Positions 1 through 11,589 of a DNA stretch of 64,000 bases are shown piece by piece (the first letter of the stretch is position 1; every line of letters begins with the position of its first letter). The notes beneath the pieces are model-generated. The model saw only the letters and a program-made list of their open reading frames with translations, made no database searches and had not been told where the DNA came from. The stretch spans positions 1,986,001-2,050,000 of the forward strand of contig CM075995.1 in assembly GCA_038087875.1 (NCBI GenBank), read 5' to 3'. A program made the translations under genes and the position numbers. This DNA is from Malacoraja senta (lineage: Eukaryota).

Positions 1-570
1 GTATACACTGGAATTTAGAAGGGTGAGAGGGGATCTTATTGAAACATATAAGATTATTAAGGGATTGGACACGCTAGAGGCAGGAAACATGTTCCCATGT
101 TGGGGGAGTCCAGAACCAGGGGCCACAGTTTAAGAATAAGGGATTGGCCATTTAGAACAGAGATGAGGAAAAACGTTTTCACCCAGAGAGTTGTGAATCT
201 GTGGAATTCTCTGCCTCAGAAGGTAGTGGAGGCCAATTCTCTGGGTGCTTTCAAGAGAGAGTTAGATAGAGCGCTTAAAGATAGCAGTCAAGGGATACGG
301 GTAGAAGGCAGGAACGGGGTACTGATTGGGGATGATCAGCCGAATGGGCCGAATGGCCTACTCCTGCACCTATTGTCTATTGTACTACCTGTCGTACTTC
401 TGTACAGCTGAATTGTAACGTTTAAGAAACAATTAAACAGGTTCATAGATAGGACAGGTTTAGAGGGATATGGGCCAAACGCAGGCAGGTGGGACTAATA
501 TAGATGGGACATGCTGGCTGATGTGGGCCTTGGGGCCCGTTTACACGCTGTATGGCACTATGATTCTATG
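1..570 (+). mobile_element. Two adjacent CR1/HER1-like 3' ends
   Basis: RTRGHSLRI...FTQRVVNLWNSLP with a ctattgt tail (1-385), then the 3' end of a second subfamily (~412-570). Confidence 0.85.
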
Positions 571-1035
571 AATTGTATTCACATGTGATATGATCTGATT
601 TAATAAAATAGCTTGCGCAAAAAGCTTTTCACTGTATCTCGGCATGTGTAACAATAATAAAACCATACCAATACTTAAATTTTGTTAATAATGCAGGATC
701 TTCCCAAATGAAAGAGTGACTAATCTCAGTAATACAGAGCTAAAATGTTGTTTGATTGTTGTTAAAATCCCAATTGGTTCACTCATGGAGAGAAACCTGC
801 CAAACTCAGGCCTGATGTGACTTTAGATCCTCAGTCATGTGGTGGACTAATAGCTCATGAAATGGCCGAGCAAGTCATCCATCTGTACGATTACAGTAAT
901 TTGTTATTTACATAAACGTAAAACGAGTGAAACGGGACAGTCCATTTGACAAGGACTTTGCACTGGCACAATTACATCATTTTCAGATCAACCTTGCTAA
1001 ATCCTCCTCATAAAACACCAATGCCGGTGATGGCA

Positions 1036-1330
1036 GGCCGGCACGGTGGCCCAGCGGTAGAGTTGCTGCCTTACAGCGCCAGAGACCCAGGTTCGATCCC
1101 GGCTACGGGTGCTGTCTGTACGGGGTTTGTACGTTCTCCCCATGACCGCGTGGGTTTTCTCCGGGACCTCCAGTTTCTTCCCACACTCTAAAGACGTACA
1201 GGTTTGTAGATTAATTGGCTCGGTGTAAATGTAAGATTGTCCCCCGTGTGTGTAGGATAGTGTGGGGATCGCTGGTCAGTGTGGACTCGGTGGGCCTGTT
1301 TCCTCGCTGTATCTCTATACTAAACTAAGC
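1036..1330 (+). mobile_element. HE1-type tRNA-derived SINE
   Basis: ggcacggtggc.cagcggtagag (A-box), ggttcgatcc (B-box), conserved body, and a LINE-shared tail ending in (taaac)n. Confidence 0.85.
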
Positions 1331-2314
1331 TGAGTCTAAATGGGAGAACTGTCCCACAAACGCCACCACTGCAACTCAGAACAAAGCCTCACCCAAAATG
1401 GCCACTCCCACATAGCCCATCTGCCTGAGTCTGTCTGCCATATATACGCCACCAAGAGCAGTCACTCCCAGACACTGGACAGTCTGAAGAAGGGTCTCGA
1501 CCAAAAACTTCACCCATTCCTTCTATCCAGAGATGCTGCCTGTCCCACTGAGTTACTCCAGCATTTTGTGTTTATTCTCGGTGTAAACATGCATCTGCAG
1601 TTCCTTCCTACACACTGTTGGCTCTTTTTAAAATCTCATTATTATATGATAAACCATCTTTGGTTCAATGAGGAGCGCTGGAGGGAACACCAGCAGCTGC
1701 ATCAGTCCTAGCAAAGTAATGGGTGCCAGTGCGCAGAAGCTGCAACAAAGGACCGTCCTCTGGAGGAATTTACAAGTTTTTTTACAGAGGGCAGTGTGTG
1801 CCTGGAACGCGCTGCCAGTGGCAGTGGTGGAGGCAGATACAATAGTGGTATTTAAGAGGCTTTTAATTGGCACATGGATGTGCAGGTAATGGAGGAATAG
1901 GGATCACATGCAGGTCGAGACGACTATATTAACGGCATTATGTTGAGCCCTTCACTGTAGGCCAAAGGGTCTCTTCCTGTGCTGTACTGTTCTATGTACA
2001 GGAAGGTACTGCAGATGCTGGTTTACACCGAAGATAGACACAACATGCTAGAGAGACTTAGGGGGACAGGCAGCATCTCTGGAGAAGGAATGGGCGATGT
2101 TTCAGGTTGAGACCCTTCTTGAGACTGAGAGTCAGGAGAGCATTGAGAAATCTCCTCAAGGCATGCCGACTGAAGCTCTTTCTCTCTCCGACGAGAGTTC
2201 TGCAACACCTTCTCTCGCTGCTCCTCCTCTGCGGTTCCTTCTACTCTCCAGCTCTAGGATCTCTTGTTTCCCTCTACCCTGACTCTCAGTCAGAAGAATC
2301 GCCCAGTCCTTCTC

Positions 2315-2740
2315 AATAGACAATAGACAATAGGTGCAAGAGTAGGCCATTCGGCCCTTCGAGCCAGCACCGCCATTCAATGTGTTCATGGCTGATCTTC
2401 CCCAATCAGTACCCCGTTCCTGCCTTCTCCCCATATCCCCTGACTCCGCTATCTTTAAGAGCCCTACCTAACTCTCTCTTGAAAGCATCCAGAGAACCTG
2501 CCTCCACCGCCCTCTGAGGCAGAGAATTCCACAGACTCACAACTCTCTGTGAGAAAAAGTGTTTCCTCGTCTCCGTTCTAAATGGCTTACTCCTTATTCT
2601 TAAACTGTGGCCCTGGTTCTGGACTTTCCCAACATCGGGAACATGTTTCCTGCCTCTAGCGTGTTCAAGCCCTTAACAATCATATGTTTCAATGAGATAC
2701 CCTTTCATCCTTCTAAACTCCAGAGTGTACAAGCCCAGCT
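2315..2740 (-). mobile_element. CR1/HER1-like 3' fragment
   Basis: Reverse-strand copy of the 1-385 sequence; tail reads (caataga)n on the + strand. Confidence 0.85.
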
Positions 2741-2935
2741 TCTCCCCAGAGATACTGCCTGTATCTGTTCTATCTTCTAATGTAAGAGGCTTCAGTATTT
2801 GAGACAATTCATGTTTCTGTTCTACATTTAATTTGTCATAACAGAACATCTCAAACATACTAATTTTATTATGAAGCACTTTGATGTCTCTTGTGCTTGA
2901 GTATTTGTTTCTTTTTTGTGTGGTCGCTCATTGTT

Positions 2936-3250
2936 TTAGTTTAGTTTAGTTTAGTGATACAACGTGAAAACAGCCCTTCGGCCCACCAAGCCCGCACCGA
3001 CCAGCGATCCCCGCACATTAACACTTTCCTACACTTGGGACAATTTTTACATATATATTAAGCCAATCAACTTACAAACCTGTACGTCTTTGGAGTGTGG
3101 GAGGAAACCAAAGTTGTCGGAGAAGTATAGGTCACGGGGAGAAGGTACAAACTCCATACAGACAAGCACCCGTAACCAGGATCGAACCTGGGTTTCTGAT
3201 TCTGTAAGCACTGTAAGGCAGTAACTCTACTGCTGTGCCACTGTGCCGCC
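2936..3250 (-). mobile_element. HE1-type SINE
   Basis: Reverse complement of the same family with a (tttag)n tail. Confidence 0.85.
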
Positions 3251-3479
3251 CCTATTTGTCTATTTATATTGTTTATAAGAAATTCATTGGAAAAGAAAAA
3301 TGATTCCTTTTTAGGCACATGGATGAGCAGAAAATGGAGGTAAATGGATCACGTGCAGGCAGAGGTGGTTAGTTTATCTTGGCATCATGTTCAGCAGGGA
3401 CAATGTTGGCTGAAGGGCCTGTTCCTGTGCAGTATTGTTCCTTGTGTAAGAATGAACTGCAGATGTCGGTTTAAACCGA

Positions 3480-3669
3480 AGATAGACACAAAAAGCTGGA
3501 GTAACTATGTGGAACAGGCAGCATATCTGAAGAGAAGGCATGGGTGACGTTTCTGGTCGAGACCCTTCTTCAGGTCTGAAGAAGGGTCTCGACCCAAAAC
3601 GTCACCTATTCCTTCTCTCCAGAGAATCTGCATGTCCCGCTGAGTTACTCCAGCTTTTCATGTCTATCT
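3480..3669. repeat. Fold-back (inverted) dimer of the hammerhead unit, arms about 95 bp
   Basis: ...gacccttcttcag-gt-ctgaagaagggtc...; both arms extend out to agatagaca / tgtctatct. Confidence 0.85.
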
Positions 3670-4469
3670 GTACTGCTCCTTGTGCTTTGTTCTGTGTTTT
3701 CCAATAGCAGAAAGCGCAGAAAATCGAAAGAGGTGAGCAATTCCACAGATCAGAGCTGTAAATTATGGCAGAGAAGAGGTGAAGTCTCCAAGCACAACAC
3801 TATCCTTAACAATGGCACGAGCCAGCATGAGTACAAAAGAGAAAAAAAACGGAAGCATTTACAACCACACTTAGCCAGGTGCAGAGTGAATTATCTGTCT
3901 TGGCTTCCTCCTGAGTTCCCCGCGATCACAGAAGCCAGTTTTCAGTCAATTTGCTTCTATCCAAAGGCCAGCACGTAGCAGTTGAAAGCACTATGCAGCA
4001 AAAACAACGGGAGCAGACAGCATCCTAGCGACGGTATCAAAGGCAGGTTTCCACTCCACAACTAGCTGCTCCTCAAGCCAAGCCGTTCCATTGCAGTTAC
4101 AACAGTGCCATCTACCAGGCAATGTGGAAAATTGCCCTGTCCATCACACCAACCCCCCCCCCCCCCCGCCACCCCGCCTCAACTCATCTGCATTTCACGC
4201 TGCCTCGGGAAAGCATCCAATTCAACAATCAATTATGTCCCGGTCATTCCCTCTTCTCCTCTCTCCCGTCGGGCAGAAGATACATAAGCTTGAATACGTA
4301 CCAACGTATTCAGGAACTGCTTCTTCCTCGCAGTTATCAGTAGTCACCTACTGAACGGTCCTCTCATAACCCTGTTTAGGCAGGATCTGCGGATGCTGGT
4401 TTACACTGAAGGTACACGAAAAGCTGGAGTAACTCAGTGGGTCAGGCAGCGTCTCTGGAGAAAAAGGAA

Positions 4470-4507
4470 TAGGTGACGTTTCAGGGTCGAGGCCCTTCTT
4501 CAGACTC
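4470..4507 (-). ncRNA. Minimal hammerhead ribozyme motif (core intact)
   Basis: Minus strand agtCTGAAGAagggcctcgaccctGAAAcgTCacct. Confidence 0.55.
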
Positions 4508-4859
4508 ACAAGCCTGATCTTCCGACCTACGTCGCTGCAGCCCTTGCACTTTTTTTATATCTCTGAAAATGTAATGCTATAATGCAGGAACACTACATTC
4601 TGCACTCTGGTATTTTATTTTATTTGTATTACCTGTTATACTTGTTTACGGCTGGGTTGTACTATAGTATGATTTGACTGGATAGCGCACTAATTTGTTC
4701 TCTGTATTTCAGTACATGTGACAATAATAAAGCACCACCAATAGCAATCGCAAGTATGTCCTGTTAACATGAAACAGGCCACAAATCCAGCATGACTAAT
4801 CATTGCCCAACTACTCTGTCAGCAGATTGATGGAAGGTGTTGGAACTGTTCTTTCAAGC

Positions 4860-5230
4860 ACACGTGTATAAAATTATGAGAGGAATAGACTCATGCCCAG
4901 AGTAGAGGAATCGAGAACCAGAGGACAGAGGTTTAAGGTGAAAGGGGCAAAGAATTAATTGGAATCTGATTTTAATAGGAATTGAGTTCACACAAAGGGG
5001 GAGTGGGGGGGGGGGGGGTGTATGAAAGGGGCTGCCAGAAGAGGTAGATGAGGCAAGGACTATTATAATGTTTAAGAAGCAATTAGACAGGTACATGGAT
5101 AGGACAGGTCTAGAGGGATATGGGCCCAACGCAGGTAGGTGGGACTAGTGTAGATGGGACATGTAGGTCGGCGTGGGCAAGTTGGGCTGAAGGGCCTGAT
5201 TCCATGCTGTAGGACTCTATGTTTCTATGA
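4860..5230 (+). mobile_element. CR1/HER1-like 3' fragment
   Basis: YKIMRGID...RTRG coding remnant plus the conserved 3' tail. Confidence 0.8.
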
Positions 5231-5632
5231 AGGAAAAAAACAAGCAGTTTTTCCACCACAATTATACAACATCAAGGAGGCTTTAGAACGTCAGGTTAAA
5301 ACAAGCAAAAGAATATTGCATTCCTTAATAACTGTATGACTTTTTTGTCTCCATGACTTATTCACCTATAGCCTGCTCAGCAATGCACAGCTTGGACTTG
5401 ACAAGATATAATCAGCTCCAGGTCTCGGCACAGCCTTTTACTTAACAAAGACCAAAGGGTTGAATTCCAGAGGCGGCCTCAGAGTGGCTGTTCTTGACAT
5501 CAAGGCAGTGTTTAACCGAGTGTCACAAAGTGCAAATCAGCCTGGACAGCAGCATCACTGTGTGGAAGGATTCTACTGGTGCGCTGCAGCACAGCCAGCA
5601 ATCTACAAACCTGGACAATGAAGGAGTGGACT

Positions 5633-5958
5633 GGGGCGGCACGGTGGCGCAGCAGTAGAGTTGCTGCCTCACAGCGTCAGAGACCCAGGTTTGATCCTGA
5701 CTATGGATGCTTGTCTGTACGAAGTTTGTACGTTCTCCCCGTGACCTGCGCGTGTTTTCTCCATGTGCTCTGGTTCCCACCCACACTCCAAAGACGTACA
5801 GGTTTGTAGGTTAATTGGCTTTGGTTAAATTGTACATTGTCCCTAGTGTGTAGAACAGTGCTGGTGTGCGGGTGATCGCTGGTCGGCGCGGACTCGGAGG
5901 GCCGAAAGGCCTGTTTCCATGCTGTATCTCCAAACTTAACTCAAATTAAATTAAACTA
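5633..5958 (+). mobile_element. HE1-type SINE
   Basis: Full head, body and tail. Confidence 0.85.
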
Positions 5959-7537
5959 GACTGGTGACACAGTGTGTGCTTCATTTGTCAGACGGTCTAC
6001 AGAAGACCATAAAGCTATTGTCAGTGCACAAATGCAGGCGTTTCTTCCCTCCAATCCTGCTGTCGCAGACAATGTCGCTTGTTAACCTAGATGGAACCGT
6101 TGCTCTACACTGTGAGAGGGATAGACGACTGATTGGAGTGATTCAATACTAAATGGAAGAGATGAGCAGGTAATGGGGAATACTTGGCGGAAACTTAGAG
6201 ATGGGTCCACAACTTAGAGAAGTCAATATTTATATGGTGGAGATTGATAGATTCTTGATTAGTACCTATGTCAGGGGTTATGGTGAGATGGCAGGAGAAT
6301 AAGGTTGAGAGGGAAAGATAGATCAGGCGTGATTGAATGGCGGAGTAGACTTGTTGGGCCGAAGGGCCATAACTTATGAACTTATGGGATTCATTTGTCG
6401 GGTCAAGGAAATTTAGTTGGGAGAACGGATTTAAAAGTGAGAATGAAAATCAATCACCATGTCAGGCATAGAGAATATGGACATAGAGAATCTTGAAAGC
6501 GATAAACCCCAAATTGTTGCTAAGCAAGGGTGCTTATTTTATCGATTATAGAGCTGAAAATTATGTGTCAAAGTGTCCAGAGTTGAAATTGGAAGACACT
6601 TTGAAACTCATTCTGAACTGGAAGCCAATGTGATTGCCAAAGCATGAATGAAGCATGCAGCGTCCAAGATTTACAGACAGACGGTATAAAAGAATGTGGT
6701 CTATCCTTTAAAGGCCAGGGAGTCATTCAGACAAACTCCCAGAAGGTACAGGAAACAAGTGACCTTCAAGTCAAACTGTCACAAGTCAAGTATTCATGAC
6801 ATTTATAATGTGTCATAACAAATTCAATGACCTCAACACATGGTCAAGCCTGAAGGATTTTTATGGGGAGGTCGTATATTTGCTAAAGTAAAAAATTAAA
6901 AAAAAGAAAATTAAGTATATTTCCTATATAAAATGTTGTATAGTGAAAAGCAAACCCAGTGCTTATGTTGTGGTAATACAAAAAGCAGACACCGTTAACA
7001 TTGTCCTCAGTAATCTATGGACTTAATGACAGATATAATGGTTTAATAGGCAAAACCCAAGCTGGCAATGTGGACGAGAGACCTGGAAGTGCAGTTGCTG
7101 TTGGTATGAGTGTTCAGATATGATACGATAAACTTTATTCATCCCCGGAGCGAAATTGGTCAGCCAACAGTCGCATCACACAAGGTACACAAAAACTTGA
7201 AATTAAAAGTGAATAAAAAAGAAAAGGACTAGCGACTGTTGGCTGGCTCCGCGTGCACAGTGCCTTCACCGGCAAACGAACAAACAACAAACGAACGAAT
7301 GGAGACTTATCCCCGGGGCAGAGGATTCTAAACTGGAGTTCCCCTTCCCCCCACACAAGGTCCCCCTTTGTTCCCCCACCGTCCCTCACGGCAGTCCCCC
7401 CACACTGGGTCCTCCACTGTTCTTCATGATGGTCCCCCCACGTCGGGTCCCCATTGTCTTCCCCTCCCCACCTCATGCTCTAGCCCTAAAATAAACTAAT
7501 TTTCGCTGTTGACTAATGATCCAATATGGAGAATTTA

Positions 7538-7952
7538 ACCATAAAACCATATAACAATTACAGCACGGAAACCGGCCATCTCGGCCCTTCTAGTCCGTGC
7601 CGAACACTTACTCTCACCTAGTCCCATCTACCGGCACTCAGACCATAACCCTCCATTCCTTTCCCGTCCATATACCTATCCAATTTATTTTTAAATGATA
7701 AAATCGAACCTGCCTCCACCACTTCCACTGGAAGCTCATTCCACACAGCTACCACTCTCTGAGTAAAGAAGTTCCCCCTCATGTTACCCCTAAACTTTTG
7801 TCCCTTAATTCTCAAATCATGTCCTCTTGTTTGAATCTTCCCTACTCTCAATGGAAAAAGCATCCACGTCAACTCTGTCTAGCCCTCTCATAATTTTAAA
7901 GACCTCTATCAAGTCCCCCCTTAACCTTCTGCGCTCCAAAGAATAAAGACCT
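7538..7952 (-). mobile_element. CR1/HER1-like 3' fragment
   Basis: ORFs 7618-7872 and 7817-8089 carry LYSLERRRLRGDLIEVFK and RGNFFTQRVV. Confidence 0.85.
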
Positions 7953-8200
7953 ATGTTCAGTTCTGCTTGCTGGATAAGTGGTTTTGATGCAGTAACGGCA
8001 GGATCAGGAAACATTTTAGGATTAAGGAATCCAATTACATTGTAGAAGTGAATAATTACAGGACATTTATGAAACATTCTCACCGACAACTAATAATAGA
8101 GGTACATCTATTTTTGATGCAGCTTTTATTTAATTTGTTATCCTTACATTGAGCACTGTGCTTACATTCACATTACCAATGTACTGTTGTGTGATCCTTA

Positions 8201-8517
8201 AAGCCCTGTCCCACTGTACGAGTTCATTCAAGAGCTCTCCCGAGTTTAAAAAAAAATCAAACTTGTGGAAGCACGTAGAATGTACATAGCGGGTACATCA
8301 GAGCTCGAGGATGTCTCTTAGCGCCTCGTAATGCTAACGGCAGGAACTCGGGAAACGCAGTAAGCTCGGGAAGACTCGTGAAGATTTTTCAACATGTTGA
8401 AAAATGTCCACGAGAGCCCCGAGTACCTACGAGCGGCCATTACCGTAAATCTCCGAGTTCGAATCAGGGCAAACTCGGGAGAACTCTTGAATGAACTCGT
8501 ACAGTGGGACAGGGCTT
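8201..8517. mobile_element. PIF/Harbinger-type MITE
   Basis: 47-bp TIRs (AAGCCCTGTCCCACTGTACGAG..., one mismatch) and a TTA target duplication at 8198-8200 and 8518-8520. No transposase. Confidence 0.88.
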
Positions 8518-8534
8518 TTACTGTGTGAGTAGTG

Positions 8535-8902
8535 GAAAAAGACACAAAATGCTGGAGTAACTCAGCGGGACAGGCAGCATCTCTGGAGAGAAGGAATGGG
8601 CGACGTTTCGGGTCGAAACCCTTCTTCAGAGTGAGAGTCAGGGAAGAGGGTGACATTAGAGATGTGGAAGGGTAAGGTGTGAAAACGAGAGATCAAAGTG
8701 GATGAAGGTCAAGGAAAATGTAGAATGGACCATTGTTAGCTGGGGAAGGTGACAGCAAGGCATACAATCAGTAAAATTTAATCAGGACAGTGAAACTAGG
8801 ATGGGGAGGGATGGAGAGAGAGGGAAAGCAAGGGTTACTTGATGTTAGAAGTCAACATTCATACCGCTGGGTTGTAATCTGCCCAAGCAAAATATGAGGT
8901 GC
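8535..8902 (-). mobile_element. Penelope-like element 3' end: endonuclease C-terminus, 3'UTR and hammerhead unit
   Basis: Minus strand gives HLIFCLGRLQPSGMNVDF, then a pyrimidine-rich UTR, then CTGAAGAAGGGTTTCGACCCGAAACGTC and the conserved downstream unit. Confidence 0.8.
8598..8633 (-). ncRNA. Minimal type I hammerhead ribozyme motif (core intact)
   Basis: CTGAAGA-a-GGGTT-tc-GACCC-GAAA-CG-TC on the minus strand. Confidence 0.6.
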
Positions 8903-9039
8903 AACAATGCTTTCGCTAGTAGGTTACTTGGTTACTGTAAATTACCCCGATGAAGGCAGATGATAGGAGGATCGAAGGGAAGAAAGTAGGTGGGGGGGAT
9001 GATGAGCTTGGGTAGTCGTAGAGTCACATCGAGTAACGT

Positions 9040-9482
9040 AGAGAGTCAGACAGTGTTGTAACAGGCCCTTCCCAACCTACCCACACCGACCAACATGTGC
9101 CATGGTATAGTCTCACCTGCCTGCATTAGGCCCATATTCCTCTAAACCTATTCTATCCATGAACCTGTCTAAATGTTTCTTAAACATTGCGATGGTACCT
9201 GCTTCAACTAGCTCCTCTGGCAGCTCGTCCCATACACTCACCACCCTTTGTGTAAAAACATTACCCCTCAGGTTCCTATTAAACCTTTTCCCCTTCACCT
9301 TAAACCTATGTCCTCTGGTTCTTGATTCCCCTACTCTGGGCAAGAGACTCTGTGCATCTACCCAATCAATTCCTCTCATGATTTTGAACACCTCTATAAG
9401 ATCACCCCTCATCCTCCTGCGCTCCAAAGAATAGAGTCGCAGCCTGCTCAACCTGTTCCGAAAGCTCAGATCCTCGAGTCCT
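9040..9482 (-). mobile_element. CR1/HER1-like 3' fragment
   Basis: ORF 9113-9451 is the CR1 ORF2 C-terminus. Confidence 0.88.
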
Positions 9483-9641
9483 AGAGTTGAGTTAATAGGT
9501 CAAATGTCATAAATATTTATAATAGGAAAATAATAATAATAGGAAGTGCAAAAATCACAGGAAGCAACACCAAGAGGCTCAGGGCCCTCCTCTGCAAAAG
9601 TCACCCCTTGCTCCTGACTGCAGAAGACATCCCACCAGGAT

Positions 9642-9939
9642 GGCACGGTGGTGCAGCGGTAAGGTTGCTGCCTTACAGCGCTAGAGACGCGGGTTCGATC
9701 CTGACTACGGGTGCTTGTATGTACGGTGTTTGTACGTTCTCCCCGTGACCTGCGTGGATTTTCTCCGGGATCTCCGGTTGCCTCCTACACTCCAAAAATG
9801 TGTAGGCTAATTGGCATGGTGTAAATGTAAATTGTCCCTAGTGTGTTGGATAGTGTTAGTGTACGGGAATCACTGGTCGGCACAGACTCGGTGGGCTGAA
9901 GGGTCTGTTTTCGCGCTGTATCTCTGAACTAAACTAAAC
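9642..9939 (+). mobile_element. HE1-type SINE
   Basis: Full head, body and tail. Confidence 0.85.
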
Positions 9940-10039
9940 CGCATCAATCACCAACATCTGACCTTTGCCCCTCCCCCTCCCTCTTCCATGTTATTACCCT
10001 TCCCCAGTGGCGTATTCCTCAGGTGCTCCAGCGCTTCTC

Positions 10040-11130
10040 GGTAGCAGCCCCACAGCCAGAAGGGTCGTTGGTGCCGTGTGAGTTAAGCAATTAGCACTAC
10101 AATTAGAGGACGATTATCGCTACACATATTCTAACTATTTCAATCACATTTGAAAGCGCAGCAAGCTTGCAATGCCCAGAAGAGTTTCCCGAACTCAGAA
10201 TGACAAGGGGGTACATGTGTATGCAATAACAGAACCAATCCAGCCCAAACTAAAGGAGACAGAGGAGCTAACGAGTGAATAGGAAGGAGCAGATGGCGTA
10301 GCTATGGTCTGATGTGCACAGCCACCACCACCAGCGATTTCTGCAACAGTTCAGCCCCAGGGCACCACCTGGTAGAGGTATAATTACTTAAATGGTACTT
10401 CTGTTTCATTACACTTGAAAAATCGCTGTGCCTGCTGACTGAGGTTTTGCCACCGTATTTTTAATCCGCGCGCAAATGCTGCCTGCTTTAATTCCGATGA
10501 CATTACTTCATATCTCAGTGCCCCCTTCCTTCCTTTAACACCGCCGTGGCCGAGAATGCAGCAGCAGTCAAATCATTTGTTCGTTCGCGAGGCACCAATT
10601 GGGACTGCTAGCCATGGCGTCATCTTCTCCGCACCAATAACAAGGCTCCGTAATGAGAGAGCGCAAATGCAACAAACTGTGACAGACAAAACATTGGCTG
10701 TGGCAGCTGAATCTCTGCTTCTGTCTTCTCATTTCTCTTGGAGAGATGCAAAATTTAAAGGCACAAGCTTTGCTTCTTTGTCACCGTCGTCTTGATGTCA
10801 GCGTGCACGAGGGCAACTGATTAAACCGTGGCCGCGTTGCCAGCTGCCCTCCTCCATTTCATCTTTCAAGGGCAGGCGAGAATGAGTGCCAGCTCAAAAC
10901 AATAGCCTCTCCACTACTTGACAGGAAAAGCATCTGTAGACATTAAAATCTAACCGCAGCACCTCGAATGGAAACTCCAAACCTTACCGCAGCCGCAATC
11001 ATTAGTTATTTCAATGCCTGTTGTTGAGCCGCAGGATGAAAATACTGAAGAATTAATTAACTGTATTCACTCTATAAAGAGCGCAGGTTCACAAACTACG
11101 CTATCCTCCTATTGAAGCAACAGTACATAA
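10040..11130. promoter_or_regulatory. Candidate conserved non-coding element / intronic enhancer
   Basis: Repeat-free and CpG-retaining, with clustered TAAT/TAATTA and SOX-like AACAAT/ACAAA words. Conservation not tested. Confidence 0.45.
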
Positions 11131-11589
11131 AGCCTATAATTGGTCCTTTTATCGGGAAACAGGACAAAGAAATTAGAACAAAGAGCAGAGATTAGGTTTG
11201 CATTCACAAGTCGCCAACCACTGAGATGTGGGGAATAAGTTTTTGATTGTCTACAAAGGAGATAACTCACCTGCCGAGGGTAGAATTTGAATGGCCACAG
11301 GGAAAGCTTACACCTGTTAAATAAGGTACTCGATTCTACAGAAAGAAATCCCTATGGATAATTTGCTGACCTTCCGCAAAGTATACTTGGGAAAACTCCC
11401 CAAAGAATCAATTGTATTTTATTCATTTTCAAATATAAAAAATCATCGCTGGGCAAAATATCTGCCTTGAAATTGGATTTTACCTGCTAAACTATCTTTG
11501 GCATTATTAACTTTATGGGCCTAGCATAGAAAAATTCAAATATATATATAGCAGGCTCAAGCACAAATCGGCTTTGCAATTTAAGAAGG

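Noticed and set aside
5633..5710. tRNA-like sequences with A and B boxes
   Set aside because: These are SINE heads that continue into SINE body and tail; I could not fold a complete cloverleaf.
11271..11300. Peptide FKFYPRQ resembling CDKAL1 NQFYPRPG
   Set aside because: Only four residues match, it is out of exon order, and the flanking residues do not fit; treated as coincidence.
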